A DNA stretch of 64,000 nt from Chrysomallon squamiferum (taxonomy: Eukaryota > Animalia > Mollusca): positions 18,042,001-18,106,000 of the forward strand of contig CM022672.1 in NCBI GenBank assembly GCA_012295275.1. Direction: 5' to 3'. A program made the translations under genes and the position numbers. Below are positions 14,905 to 52,787 of this stretch, piece by piece (position 1 is the stretch's first letter; every line of letters starts with the position of its first letter). Under the pieces are notes generated by a model that saw nothing but the letters and a program-made list of their open reading frames with translations, did not search any database and had not been told where the DNA came from.

Positions 14905-38009
<23,105 letters not shown>

Positions 38010-38119
38010 CAATGATTGGACAGCGGGCATGCTATGCACGAGTGAGTGTGTATGCGTCTTTTTTTGTGTGCAATGTGCAGATGTACGGGTCTGAATGTGC
38101 AAGCATTTGAATAGGATTG

Positions 38120-38150
<31 letters not shown>

Positions 38151-39748
38151 AAAAGAGAGAAGAGTCTTTAAAGAAGGAAATACTACTTCCATTTTTGCCA
38201 AAGACAAGTTGCATGTAGTGGTGTGTTTTTAAAGGTCTCTTTCTTTAAACTTAAAACTATAGCTAAGAAGAATTCTACATAGATTACACAACACCAAGGC
38301 TTTGTAAAGAGACTGCATTATTAAGCGCTGAGCCTTCAAGATAAAAAAAAAACAAAAAAAAAAAAATCTATACAGACTTGTAACTTTTGTATTAGATTTC
38401 AAAACAGACTACACGAATTGCACGTGCTCTCGGATGCAAAATGTCTGGTGAAATGAAAAGAGAAAAGCAAAAACCTTTAGTGCAAGAACAGTTTGTCTTA
38501 CATATCAGCAGGCTGATATATAAACTGGACAGATATGTGATATCCCCGTTTGTGAATAATCAGTTATGTGATACGATGGAGTGACAGACGGAAAGTGTTT
38601 TTCGCGTGAAATCAGTGGATCAAGTGTTTCAGTACGAACTTACTGGACTAAACATTTCTTGTTTTGTTCTTCGGTTACTGAAGAAAGAGTGACAGTAAAT
38701 GAAGTGGTGTTTTCTATTTTCACGTGCATCGTGAACAGGACACGATCAGTTTTTTTATGCTTGCACATACTGAAGCCACTTAGACAAGTAGGTGATGTAC
38801 AAATTGTTGTTCGTAATTTACAGATCACATTCCCTTTAAAAAAAAACTTCTTATTTTCTTTTTTAACTTATTATTAATATTGTATTTCCGCCATTTGACA
38901 TGCTAAGTAAAAAAGCTTGTACAAAAAAAAAAAATAAAAAAAAAAAAAAAAAATAAAAGAACTATTAATGCGATGTGATTGAGGTTTCTATGTGACGTAA
39001 GCTGACAATGATTACGTGATGCTATGACGTAATGACATTGTTTTAGGGAAAATGAAAAAGATGGAACAGATATTTAACAGGAATGACAATGCTAACATTG
39101 CAGAATGTGTATAATTGTAAGCATGCTTCAAAGAACTGTTCAAGCATGTCGTTTTTTTGTTTGTTTTATTTTTTTCCCACCAGAGTTCAGCCAATACAGC
39201 ATCGCCATTGTGACTTTCAGTAGAAGATTTGCTTTTTTTTTAATCATGATGACTTCAGTGCTTCTTTTTAATTCTTCTTCTACCTTTTTTCTTTTTTCTT
39301 TTTTTTTTCTTTTTATAATTTTACTGAAAAGTGCACATACTTTTGTGCAAATTGTGATCATTGCTGTTGGATGCATATGCAGAAAATATTGACTGAAAAT
39401 GTTAAGAAGATTTTTGTAAATATACCGTTTAGATTGTATTTATATTTATGTGGAAGGAATTATTAAGAAGTACAAAAGTGAGTCGGCTTGTAAACGATTC
39501 ATGCATAATTGGTGTAACGTACATAAGTGTTTTTCTAGTCAATTGTCTTTTTAATCTTTTGATTTCAAGTAACAAGATTTTAGTGGGTTTTGTTTTCATG
39601 AAATTTTCTTATGAAAAAAAAAGATAAAATTGCTTGCTTTATTTTCAGCAACAAAACTGCTGCTGTTATTCACGTTTATATTCCATAGTCTTGTAAAAGA
39701 TGAACATGTAAATAATTAGTTATACACGGTTGAATTGTTAATGTTTAA

Positions 39749-39837
<89 letters not shown>

Positions 39838-40180
39838 ATTTATGATAAATATAAAAGGAATTTTGTTGGAAATCGTTTTGCTCATTCGAAACCAACTGTT
39901 TTGGCCTCCTGATCAGTTTTTCACTTAAAACCAAATTTCACAAAATTGCAATAAAATCCAAGTTTTTTTTTTTATAATAAGCTTGTTTTACTTTGAACGA
40001 AAAAAAAAAAAAAAAAAAATTGTTGATTAAAACATAGGAAACAACTTAGGTTCAAACGTGTTCTTTAGTTCAACATTTGTATTTGATGGGGGAAAAGAGA
40101 ACGGAATAAAATATTTACTGTCTGGGTAAGATAACGTGTTATTTACATCGTCAACTGAAATAATATAAAATAAATGCTAT
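38010..40180 (+). other. Probable MMP21 3' UTR with candidate polyadenylation signals
   Basis: Follows the stop codon; AU-rich; Pumilio-type TGTAAATA at 39415..39422; AATAAA at 39950 and near 40106 and 40169. The true 3' end is not determinable. Confidence 0.4.
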
Positions 40181-40207
40181 AAATGTATTCGTCATGTTTC
40201 CAAGTCT

Positions 40208-40243
<36 letters not shown>

Positions 40244-40330
40244 GAATGAATTTGTGTGGGTGGATTCTTTTCTTTTTTTTTTTTTTTTTTTAAATATTTT
40301 CTTGAATTACGCAAATGACGCGAACAGGAG

Positions 40331-40351
40331 AACTTCCGGTTACTTCCGGTG
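40331..40351. promoter_or_regulatory. Tandem ETS/GABP-type sites
   Basis: ACTTCCGGTTACTTCCGGTG: two CCGGAAGT motifs 10 bp apart in a small CpG-containing island. Confidence 0.45.
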
Positions 40352-41474
40352 TTTCGGGCTTTGCGGGTTACAAAGTAGAAGCAAACAGTGTTGAGATTGC
40401 GTCATTTTGCTTTCGTAGAACCATTTAATTGTGTGAACATTTTGTAACTTATACATTGTTGATGCTTCTTTTTTCCCCTCCCCCCTTTTTTTCTTTTCTT
40501 TATTTTTTAATTCTTTTGTTACGTGTACATTTCTGAATGTTATATTTATTGCCACGTTTGTATATTGACACCAGTGTTTCTTGAACGCGCCCTTTGCTAG
40601 TAATTCTTACAGAGCAGTTCATTATTATGATGATGATGATGATGATGATGATAGTTATTATTATTACTGTTACTACTATTATTACTACTACTACTACTAC
40701 CACTACTACCACCACTACTACCATTATTACTATTATTTATTTATTTAATTATTATGGTTATTTTTTTTTTTTTTTTCCTTTATATTATTATTTGTTAGCG
40801 TGTGGAATAGGGTTTCTTTTTGTTATGCATTTAAAAAGAGCTGTTGTTTTTGATACATGTATGCATGTGTGCGTATGTTTGCAATTTTCTTCTAGTTTTA
40901 TTTTCTTTTTTTTTTAATAATCATATCTTACTTGACTCTGTTTTCGGTTTTAAATATGTCTGTTGTACTAGGACTTTTATTTTATTATTATTTTTTTTTT
41001 TTTTTTGTAATTTCTTCTTATTATTATAATAATAATTATTATTATTTATCTGTACATTAAAATCTGTTGCATTTTAGTCATTGTTCATTGTTCAGTAATA
41101 TAATAGTTCGTTTACGTGCATTTAAAATAAAGTCAAATCATCCTAGATACGTTTGTTTTTTTTCTCTCGCTCTCTCTCTTCTCTGTATAATAAAACAAAG
41201 ACTTAGAAATAATGCGTTGTTTCATACATTATATTAAAATACATTCATCTAACACGTGATCATTTTTAGATGTTGTTGTTCATTGTACATTAACTTTATT
41301 TATGACCAAAAATTAGTCAGTACGACCTGTGTCGGTGTTTGTTCAAGTTTTCATTGAAGATTTCATGTTAAATCATTCACTTTTTTGTGGAAAAATAAAA
41401 TAAATGTTTGCATAATTTTCGTTGTTTGTGCTGATGTGTTGCCTTTGCATGATGGTCTTATCAGGATTTTTGTA

Positions 41475-41518
<44 letters not shown>

Positions 41519-42414
41519 ATTATTATTATTATTATTACTACTACTATCACTACTGAAAGAACCAATACGAGAAGTAAGAATTGTTTTAAAAAAAAAGAAG
41601 AAGAAGAAATTACAAATCATTAAAATGTCATACATATACATACATAGAGATTATTAATACAGTGGATATGTATATAAAGGTATATAAATAAACAAGTAAA
41701 TCGTGTATGGGTTATATGTATTATATTTCTTCCAATCAAGACTGTTGTCACCAGACCGTTTGCGCATTTAGAAGTTTTCAAGGAAACTGTGAAGGATTTC
41801 TCAAACGATGTGCACAAATCAAAAACTGCAAGTATTGCCATGTCCTATTATAGTGATTTTGAGTATAAATGGCATAAATATCCATATTCCATATTTCATA
41901 ACATGGGGCAAAGACAGATAAGGATAGATTGATATTCACATTGTTAAATATTTTGAAACAGTTTAATGATGAAGTTAATATTTTATGAAATATCACTTTA
42001 TGCCCATAGAAATATATGATTCACATTTCGTTCATTATTCTAATACCAGTAAATAAATGAATAAACAAAAAATAAAAAATAAAAATAAAAATAATAATAA
42101 TAATAGAAACAGTATAACAATACAATATGTTTAATATGGCTAAATCGTATTGTTTTACTAGTATTATATAATCTTAAATAAAATATTAATAGCATTTCGA
42201 ACAAGATTAGGTTTTACTGGCTTCTACTGTTCCAAAGGACCTGAACCTTGAGGAAATCAAACAGAAGACTTCGATTGAAAAAAAAAAAAAAAAAATGTCC
42301 AGCTTACTCTGCTCGTTTGATTCGTTGATAACACATGATCAGTATATTAATCGGTGTATTTAGATTCACCTTTTGAAGAATGAAACATACGTCATAACCA
42401 TAGCAGTTTCTAAA

Positions 42415-42530
<116 letters not shown>

Positions 42531-42730
42531 TGACTGTGAAGTAACCACTGACGTCTTCACTTAACATCTGCGTACAAGCCGGTAGCTGGAAGCGATCCGA
42601 CGTCCTACCAGGTAAAATACCACAGCTTATCCGCACTGCCTCCGAGGCTGGTGATAAGACCTGGAGGATCCTCCCTCCGTAATTACCACAGTAAACATCG
42701 GTGCTCAAGAAGCTGATAATTCTGCCAACA

Positions 42731-42792
42731 TCAACACTCGGTGTTTTTAAAAATCTTCTCCAGTCGCTGATTCTCCGAGTGTACGACGATGG
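42731..42792 (-). other. Candidate terminal coding exon of an unidentified minus-strand gene
   Basis: Strong acceptor ttttctctctgtttttacag|; phase-1 frame IVVHSENQRLEKIFKNTEC* with coding-like C/G-ending codons. Confidence 0.35.
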
Positions 42793-42905
42793 CTGTAAAA
42801 ACAGAGAGAAAATTGAAATCAGTCGGACAGCTGGGCTGGGCTCATCGAAACACTTTAAAAAACTAGGTAACCATAACAATGAAACATTTTCTGACGTCAT
42901 AGCTG

Positions 42906-42941
<36 letters not shown>

Positions 42942-43097
42942 TACCGAAAAGACCATTTTCATTTTGGCTTGGAAGTGGAATTTTAAAAGACAGCTGATAA
43001 ATTTCAGCAGCATTTGTTGTTTGACGTTTTTTTTGAATGATGAAATATATAGATTTGTTGTCTGCAGATGTAAACCACGAGATGGCGGGTGAGCAGA

Positions 43098-43263
43098 CAC
43101 ACACACACACACACACTTACACACACACACACACACACACACAGACACTGATGTTTTAACACACTCGCGTACACTAGCGAACACACACACTCGCATTCAT
43201 GTATACATACATACTCGCGCACGCAGTCACACGTATACAAACATCCGTTCCCAAACAATACAC

Positions 43264-43354
<91 letters not shown>

Positions 43355-43568
43355 ACGAAACTGACAGACAGACAGACAGACAGGGACAGAGGGAGGGAGG
43401 GAGGGAGGGAGGAAGAGAGACAGACAGACAGACAGACAGACAGTCAGAGAGAGGGAGGGAGGGAGAGAGAGAGACAGACAGAGGGGGAGAGAGAGAGACA
43501 GAGGGGGAGAGAGACAGAGGGGGAGAGAGAGAGAGACAGACAGACAGACAGGGAGGGAGGGAGGGAGG

Positions 43569-43634
<66 letters not shown>

Positions 43635-43668
43635 GAGAGAAACAACAGACAACAATAATAATAATAAT

Positions 43669-43714
<46 letters not shown>

Positions 43715-43774
43715 TACGGAATCAAACACAGAAACAATATGTGTGTGTGTGTGTGTGTAAATATATATATATAT

Positions 43775-43832
<58 letters not shown>

Positions 43833-43866
43833 ACATATACACACACACACACATATATATATATAT
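43098..43866. repeat. Compound CA/GA/GACA/GGGA/AAT/TA microsatellite cluster
   Basis: Direct reading; accounts for the 322-aa and 233-aa ORFs. Confidence 0.9.
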
Positions 43867-43996
43867 AAAATGCCATAAAAAGACTCGAACAGACATATGA
43901 ACGGAAACCGTTCCTCTGTCTCTCGCTTCTAGAACAAAACGCGAGGAAGCACGTGGGCGGGTGACCAGTCACGTGGTGGTACCTACATTTACTTAC

Positions 43997-44093
43997 AACA
44001 GGTTCAACCCATGCTGCAGCGGATACTTGGTGTCGGTGTGCGGTTCTGTGGTTATTAATACACCACTGCCCAGACCATTACAGCTGATGTACA
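43997..44093 (-). other. Candidate 97-nt internal exon
   Basis: Acceptor tgtgcag|, donor |GTAAGT; only one frame is open (YISCNGLGSGVLITTEPHTDTKYPLQHGLNL), phase 1 to phase 2. Confidence 0.3.
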
Positions 44094-46255
44094 CTGCACA
44101 TACCGGAAAAATCACTGTAGTCTCATTTCATTAGCGAGCCTACTTCTTTTTAACCCCCTAATAATAAGAAGAAGAAGAAGAAAAAGAAGAAGAAGAAGAA
44201 GAAGAAGAAGAAGAAGAAGAAGAAGAAGAAGAAGAAGAAGAAGAAGAAGAAGAAGAACAACAACAACAACATTAACAATAATAGTGATAATAATAACAAC
44301 AATAATGATGATGATGATACTGAAGGTAATGTTATCGATATCTCTACCAGCTGAAATAATTGTTGTGAATAATAAGAACAAGGACAACGACAACAACAAC
44401 AATAACAATAAAGAAGAAGAAATGAAAAAAAAAAAAAAAAAAAAAAATTGTTTATAAACAAAATACTTCTTTCGTTCTGGATTTACTAAATTAATTAATA
44501 TTTCTTCATAAACAATTTGTATTATCAAACACACCTTATAAAGCTCATACATTTTTATACGTACAATTTTTGTGTCCTTGAATAAAGTAAATTGTACCGA
44601 GTTGTTTTTTAAAATAAAATATTTATTAATCAGTTTATTGTAACAGGCACAGTATGATTAAAAAAAAAAAAAAAAAAAGAAGAAGAAGAAAAAAAAAAAA
44701 AAAAAAAAGAAGAAGATGATGAAGAAAGGAAAAAAAAGAGTCCAGAATGTATAAACCTTGGCCTTCAGATAAACTGAGGGACGCGGTAATATTTATTAAA
44801 ATTAAATAAAATAGAATAATTATCATTTCATCTATAGAGCCCCTAAAGCCCTAGCCGGCTGTTTTTGTGGGGTAGGGATAAAAATAAGACACAGCTCCAC
44901 CTCTTTTTAAAAAACCTTGTCTCTTTATTCTTCTTTTCTTCTTTTTGTTGTCAAAAGAAACACCACATACTACATTAAATCTCTTTGCCTTTTTACACAA
45001 GTTTAACTATATCTCGAAATAAGGTTTTCGTGGGATAATAATAATAATAAAACACGTACACGGGTTCATTCACGTATCAAATGAAACAGCACATAAGCTT
45101 CTAAAATTATGTTAGATTAACATACACATTAGCTGACCCAATTTTTATTTTTTTTTTTATTATTATTATTTTTTGGTTAAAGGTGTTTTTTAAATCTAGA
45201 ATGCAGGATAAGCATTTACAAACCCGTGAACCCACCTCGACACGCTGTAATAATGATTATATATGAATTACTGACGCTTTTGCGATGATACACACTAAAG
45301 TGGTGTGATGCTCATTTCTGTTTAACATACGTTCACCGATGTTCTATTACGTATGCACTGTTCGTTTTAAAGTGGAGTTATTAACGGATCGTAGTTACAT
45401 TTTACTTCTCTACAGTTGATTGCGGACAAATCCATTTTTCTGTTCGTTTTTCAACTAACGCGAAGCTGAGAGACGTAAAGGGTTAACAAGTGGTACAGAC
45501 GACATGACGTAACACCACCGTTTGCCTCTTCTTGCATTACCCTGATGTAAATAAGTCCCCTCCACTTCCACCACCCACCCCCCTCCTAGCCGTCTGTTCA
45601 GTTGTCTGTCTTGTGTATGGCCTTGCACACCGAGATAACTCCGTGAGAACGAATTCCTCGATGTCTGGGTTTGTAAAATCAACAGAGCTGTTATGTCAAA
45701 GCAAGCCGCGGTTATTGATAAGGCTGACGAATTCCGCCGAACTGCGCGCGCTCGGATGAATACATTAACCCAAATCTTCGCCAGCTTTCCTTTTCACCTC
45801 TTCAGTGTGACTCAGTTTTTAACCCGGGTTCGATGTTTATAAGTTTGTTTGTTTGTTTATTTATTTATTTGTTTATTTGTTTGTTTATATATTTTATTTA
45901 TTACATTTTTAGTTAGTTGTTGTTCTTGGATAATTTAGCTGTTCAAATGATTTACAATTAATAAACTGTATATTAAATCTTCTTATTTTTTATATAAATG
46001 AAAGGTTTAATGAATTTTTGAAATAAGATTATAATCGTCATCATTATTATTATTATCATCATCATCATCATCATCATCATTATGGTGTTATTTTTATATT
46101 TTCAGAAAAGGTCTAGTTCGTCCAAACACTATATCGAAAGTTAAATGATAAATTGTGATTTTTTTGTTCGATATTTCGCCGTCACCGTATTAACTGGTAT
46201 TATAATAAATCCTTGATTCACTCTAACTTGTAATATTGTTCTGAAATACACTGCA

Positions 46256-46346
<91 letters not shown>

Positions 46347-46460
46347 TGTGTGTGTATGCAGGGAAAAGGTTTATTACCATTTTCAAATAATAAGCAGTTT
46401 TCGAAATCAGATTGCAGTGTCTCATTTTTTATTTATTAATGTGAGAATTTAAAAATAAAG

Positions 46461-46491
<31 letters not shown>

Positions 46492-46819
46492 AATTAAATT
46501 AAAATAAAATGAAATACGAAAAGAAAAAATTAAAAAGTTAAGCTAACTAATAGAAAGGAATTTTAAAAGATTACAATCCAGATTACCGAACTATCTTGTA
46601 AATGACCCTTTTCGATGGACAAATAAATGAACGGATGGATGGATGGATGGATGAATAAATGAGTAACCATACAACTTTACTACTAAGATTTCTATTTTAA
46701 AGCACTTTTTTTCTGATGCGAAATTTATGAGAATCTTACTGTTCTGTCGATTAATATAGCAGAAGATTAGAGAGAGGAACAAAGACTATAGAGGTCATAA
46801 ACATCAATAATATCTCAGC

Positions 46820-46906
46820 CAGGGCAAAAGCCCAGTACAAGAATCGAGCCTGGTACCTGTCAGTCTCATTACGTATGGCTTAACCACGGCGTCACGAAGC
46901 CTGGTA
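46820..46906 (-). mobile_element. tRNA-derived SINE head remnant
   Basis: Reverse complement ACCAGGCTTCGTGACGCCGTGGTTAAGCC...GGCTCGATTC has A-box- and B-box-like motifs and resembles 16436..16490. Confidence 0.45.
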
Positions 46907-48574
46907 ATGCTCAGTAGCGAACTGCGCATTTGAACTATTCACCACGGTTCTTCATTTTGACTTTTTCAAACTTATCAGTCAAGTACTAAATACCAGGTAG
47001 TAATCATTCTACTTATTCGGCCATTGTGACAAGAAAATTATTGCTGACGTCAACAAAACACCATTACATGTTAGACTTCACGTCTGCACGCAGGCATTAA
47101 CGCGTCCATTAAATTGTCAGTAGCAACGTCAGTCTGTCAACGTCATAATGACGTGTTGCGATTGTCAGGGAAATCGCAGAATGGTGGAGACGGCCGTAAT
47201 AAATAAAATAATAGATAAAATAAAAATAAAAATAAAAATGACAATAATAATAATAATAATAATAAATATTAACATATATTGAAATTAAATAAATGTATAA
47301 ATAAATAAATAAATAAATGAAATTTAATAAATAAACAAACAAACAAGCAAATAAAAAAAAAAAATCCAACAGCAACACCACCACTACCAACACCAGCACC
47401 AACACCAACACCACCACCACAACCAACAACAACAACAACAGCAGTAATAATAATGTCTAAAATTCAGGTAACTACGTTTTTGACGAATGAACAAGTATAC
47501 ACATGCAGCTCATTCACAATACAAATGTTTGTGTTCTACTGCGCAGCAATTTGTTTTTTGTTTGCTTTTGGGTTTTTTAGACATATGTCCGACACAGTTC
47601 AAGATCTCTGTTAATGAAACAGATTGTGTTGCCTAATAAATAAATAAATAAATATAACAGAAAACATACATACATACACATACACACACACCGTCCATGC
47701 ATCCATATACATACAAACATACATACAAACATACACATACATAGCGTACATATATACATAAAAACATACATATGTACACAGATACATACATACATACATA
47801 CATACATACATACATACACATACATAGCGTACATATATACATAAATACATACATACGTACACAGATACATACATACGTAAACTCTGAAATATACCAAGAG
47901 GAAAAATCTACACATAATAAACACCACCTAAAATATAACCTCTAGTGACAATCCTGTTAAAGAAATTCTGATGTGATTCTTACTGAACTGGCAATTTGTT
48001 AAATATTACGCGTACGATTATTGCACATCGTCGAGGTTTTTTTTTATTTTTAAAAACACATTATGTGTAATTTTCATTTATCCTTTCGTCCGTTCATACA
48101 TTCTTTGATTTATTGCGTCTCTCTTTTTTTTTAATGCATTCTCGTTTTGTATATTCGTTTACAATGAATTTACTCATCTCATACGTATATAAAAGTATTC
48201 GATTACGGAGGCCTGTACGACAATGCTGTGTATTATTAACATAAAACCGGTTAGAGTAGCTCCCCCAGGGTTTCATTCACTGAAATGGTGGCCAATTTTA
48301 CATCCAGCTGAAAAACGCGGGATAGGTTAGGATGGATAAGGTGATACAAAGTACAGCACTTTTCTTTTCCCTTTTTGGATGGTAAAATGTTGTATAAAAT
48401 GTTTTAAAAAGTATATTGTTATTTACCCTCTTTATTATTATTTGCGATTATTGTTATAATATATGAGTTAAAATACGCTTAGCTTATTCTTTAAGTGATT
48501 TGAACTGAAATGCAAATTGTCTACGATCTTTAGATGCAGTCTTTGTCGATTATTATTATTATTATTATTATTAA

Positions 48575-48630
<56 letters not shown>

Positions 48631-48634
48631 TTTG

Positions 48635-48665
<31 letters not shown>

Positions 48666-48994
48666 TACAAGTGTTTCTTTTTCCGTTTTCTTCAATCTCT
48701 GAGTCGTAAAAAAAAAAAAAAAAAAAACAGTTGTGTACGATTATTACACGACTCTTGCATTATTTATCATAAATTATTCAATTTGGTCTTGCTTTTTAAC
48801 ACCACGCACGAACATTGCGATAGCGCAGAAGAAAAACTCGAGAAAAACGCTCGTCTGGCGCCGCTACTAGCACATGCATGACCACACATACTCGCGATCT
48901 AAATTGTTCTTCATGGTAGATTAAGCTAATCCCTGCTTGTATATCGAGCAAAGGCGCACCTACAGGACACACATTTCAAGCCTCTTTCTGAGAT

Positions 48995-49140
48995 GGATTT
49001 GTAGCTCAGCGGTATTCCTTAGATGAAAGAGGCCCCTGGATCGATTACCAACAACAGACCCATTGTAGCTTTTTTTCCCATTCTAAGCTTCAGAGTGATG
49101 ACTGTCAGTGAAAACAGTGTCGGGTTGTTTCTGTACAACG
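48995..49140 (+). mobile_element. tRNA-derived SINE head remnant
   Basis: GTAGCTCAGCGGT (A-box-like) and GGATCGATTACC (B-box-like); no complete tRNA cloverleaf. Confidence 0.45.
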
Positions 49141-49404
49141 GTCATTGTCGTGCGACCGATATTTGTAAAAAAAAAAAAAAAATTACATCTGTTTGTATCT
49201 GGAAATGAAAAGAAAGTCACGAACTGAATTTAATAAGAACATCTGCAACGTTTTCGTTCCCTTTTCTTCGTGATCGTAACGCCGCAACTATCACAATCAC
49301 AACCCCTGTCACAACCACCACTACCACCACCACATCATCATCATCGTTGTTATCGTTATCATAATTGTTATTATTATTACTATTATCCAGATATTGAATT
49401 ACGA

Positions 49405-49462
<58 letters not shown>

Positions 49463-51015
49463 TAATCCAAAAATACGATTTCTGTAAAGTTCCTTAGTTA
49501 AGGGTCCGAGTTGTCTACCCAACATAAAATGTTAAAGTTATCGGCCCTGGCTTTATTGTCAAAAGATTTATGTTTGACAAAAGATTTAAAATTTTCTAAC
49601 ATTACCCACACCTTATTTATGTATTTATATATGATCAATGAAAGCAAGTGCACTGACTGTTAATAATTATAAACTGATACAAGACGTCTTCTTTCGCGAT
49701 GTAGGCGGATTTGTAACCAGACGGTGAAAGATTTGAAAACGTAGGCGTCTCTCTAGAACATAAAGACTCAAAACCTGATAAAAATAGAAAATAAACGACA
49801 GACATGATATTCTTTTATTAATTAGCCCTTATTTTAAAACAAACTACAAGATAATTAAGAAGAAACAAAAAAAATTTACAAACAAAACGGAAAGATCACG
49901 TTTTACGTACATAGATAAATTATATTGTGACATTAGGAGACTTTAAATCAAGTTTTTCCTGTACGCTTTTGTTAATATCGTATTATTTTATTACTGGCTG
50001 ATTCCACTGCAAATATTACAATCAACGTCACGCAGAGTAAGTCAGTATCTACTAGTAACCAAACGCAATCATGTGATAATTTTCGGATTAACAAAATAAG
50101 TGCAGCGAAATCCGCTGAGCTTAACCGGACTTCATTGATGAATAGTAAATCAAGGGCAGCATCGATCATGGCTTTTCGACAGGGATATGTTCAGCATTTA
50201 TATGTGCCAAAAATACACCGTAAGAACAATTAAACAAAGACATTCAGCAAATTTAGACGCCAGTGCAGGATGTGTATCATCCACCGTGTGGGCACCGTGT
50301 GGGATTTTATAAATTATTTCTATTTAAAACTCTTCTAAGGTTCAAACTTGCTGACTTAGGAGGTGTTGAAATATTGAGCTGTCTGGGCCCCAGGATAAAT
50401 GTGCCATATTCAGCGTTCGTGAACCTTGTAGAGTAAGATACGTTCTAAAAATAATTGTCTTGTTATTAATGATGTACGAATTTACTTGTTTTCCACACAG
50501 GCGTGTGGAATGCTGATTTTTATCGGAATGAATCATGGATGGTTCATTTTAATTGCATTTTGATCTTTTAACTTACGTAGATACATATCAAAAGTACATC
50601 AGTGCATACATATCTACATATATAAACACACGCATACACGGACATATAAACGTACGTACCATATACACAAATAAGAATATACTAAGCAAACAATAATTTA
50701 TATGTATCTTTTATATATATATATAAAAACACTAATAACGACAGCAAATGGATAAATGCTGACATTTTATAACGTGAAACAGAGGTGAAACAGAGCTTAG
50801 AAGCAGCGTGCATCATATCGTGATAAGTTTTAAAATATCTCTTCTACTAAAGCCTTTCAGAACTGTATTGTTAAGTAGTATGATACTTCCGCGATTGGCT
50901 AATTGAAATAGTTTTTTTTTTTTTTTTTTTCTTTCTAACACTAGACGTGATGCAGGCAGCGTTTGTCGCGAGGTGGCCAGCTCAGCTCTCCACTAAAATC
51001 CGGGCACTTGCTTAC

Positions 51016-51022
51016 GCCATAC
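51016..51022 (-). other. Candidate 7-nt microexon (GTATGGC) or recursive splice site
   Basis: Long polypyrimidine tract ttctcgtttcttttctttacttcctgcag|GTATGGC|gtaagc. Confidence 0.35.
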
Positions 51023-51400
51023 CTGCAGGAAGTAAAGAAAAGAAACGAGAACGGAAATGCGCATTATCGGAAAGTGTTGTGTTTACGTGAGCTCTCTCTT
51101 TCTCTTCCGGCTACGGCTGTTTTTAGATAGCTCGCAGCTCCATCTCGTTGTCGGGGTGGACATCGCAATGCCCGCAGGCGTGGCATCCTTTTTTTTTTTT
51201 TTTTGGAGTGACCCGATACTTTCTTCCGAAGCAATTTCGACCCATTTCGGTGCCTTCCCCGACAGATCATGTCCAGACACGTGACCAGTTAACGCCCCCA
51301 CTGTTATTCGCCTGTGTAACCGATCTGGAATACGCAGTTCTCCTTCCTCCACACACTGCGGACGTGTTACTCTGGCTGTAGCTTGGAAGCTCCATTCAAT

Positions 51401-51442
<42 letters not shown>

Positions 51443-51628
51443 TATTTTCTAAAGGTCAATGTATTTTTGTATACCGGGAACCTATTCAGGTTACATTTCC
51501 CTTTTAAAATCGCAGAATAATAGTACAGCACACATATATATAGTATGAATTGCATCATCTTTATTTTTCTTTTCTTTTCTGTCTTTCTTTGTCTTTCTTT
51601 TCTTTTTCTTTTTAAGTTCATGTGAATC

Positions 51629-51659
<31 letters not shown>

Positions 51660-51666
51660 GTCTGTC

Positions 51667-51755
<89 letters not shown>

Positions 51756-51894
51756 ACTGTAAATTATACTTTGTTCCTACCATTTTAACTACTGAGTCTA
51801 TCGCATTGTCTCCATCATTGATCCAGTCATCAATCAGTCCCTCTTTCTGTATGAGAAGAAAGACACAAGACCACAGTCCTTTCATCCATCCATC

Positions 51895-52365
51895 TATATA
51901 TCACACACTACACACACATACACACACATACACACACCCATATACACATATAGACATATATATACATACATATATACATAATACACATAGATGCAAACAT
52001 ACACACACACATGCATACACACATATCTACATGCATACATACATGCATATATATATACATAATACATACATACACACAAACATACACACATATTTACAAA
52101 GACACACACAAACATGCATACATAAATAGATACATAATACATATAAATATATACAAACACACACATACATACATATACACACAGACATATACATACATAC
52201 ATACATACATATACACACAGACATATACATATATACATACACACACACAACCACTTACATACATACATACATACACACTTATACATATATACATACATAC
52301 AAACACTTGCATACATACACACAAACACTTACATACATACATACACAAAACACACTTATACATAT
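51895..52365. repeat. Degenerate (CA/CATA)n low-complexity tract
   Basis: Direct reading; similar tract at 47660..47880. Confidence 0.9.
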
Positions 52366-52755
52366 AACCTTATCGTATCAGCAAACATCTGCGGGTCTCA
52401 GCTTACAAAATCTTGAACCCTTCATCTCTTTATTACCGCTCTGGCAAATAAACCGCAGCGCAGGATGAAATAAACACGTGTATTTACATGTTAGTCGTAC
52501 TGAAAGTACCTCTTAACTTCGTGTCAATTTAAATGCACACTTAATACTGCCGCGAAAGCAAGAACTATTTCCTATTAGAGGGGAGAAGCCAAGAGATTTG
52601 TTACTGATCGGAGTGGAGGTCGCGTTAATTGTAGCTAAACTGTTTCACTTTTCACATTATTGTTTTCCGCCGAGACCCTGGTTCATGGACACACATATAT
52701 ACAGACACAAACAATCTTTCCGTCTTGTGTTATGTCTCTCACACATATACGTTAG

Positions 52756-52787
<32 letters not shown>

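Noticed and set aside
43004-43972. 322-aa and 233-aa ORFs
   Set aside because: Built entirely from compound microsatellites (poly-SL, ER, CV, HT).
48995-49070. tRNA gene
   Set aside because: Only A/B-box-like remnants, no acceptor or anticodon stems; better explained as a SINE head.
50340-50432. Plus-strand 93-nt exon-like segment FKLADLGGVEIL... resembling a kinase DFG region
   Set aside because: Weak AAG acceptor and no other kinase exons; likely chance.
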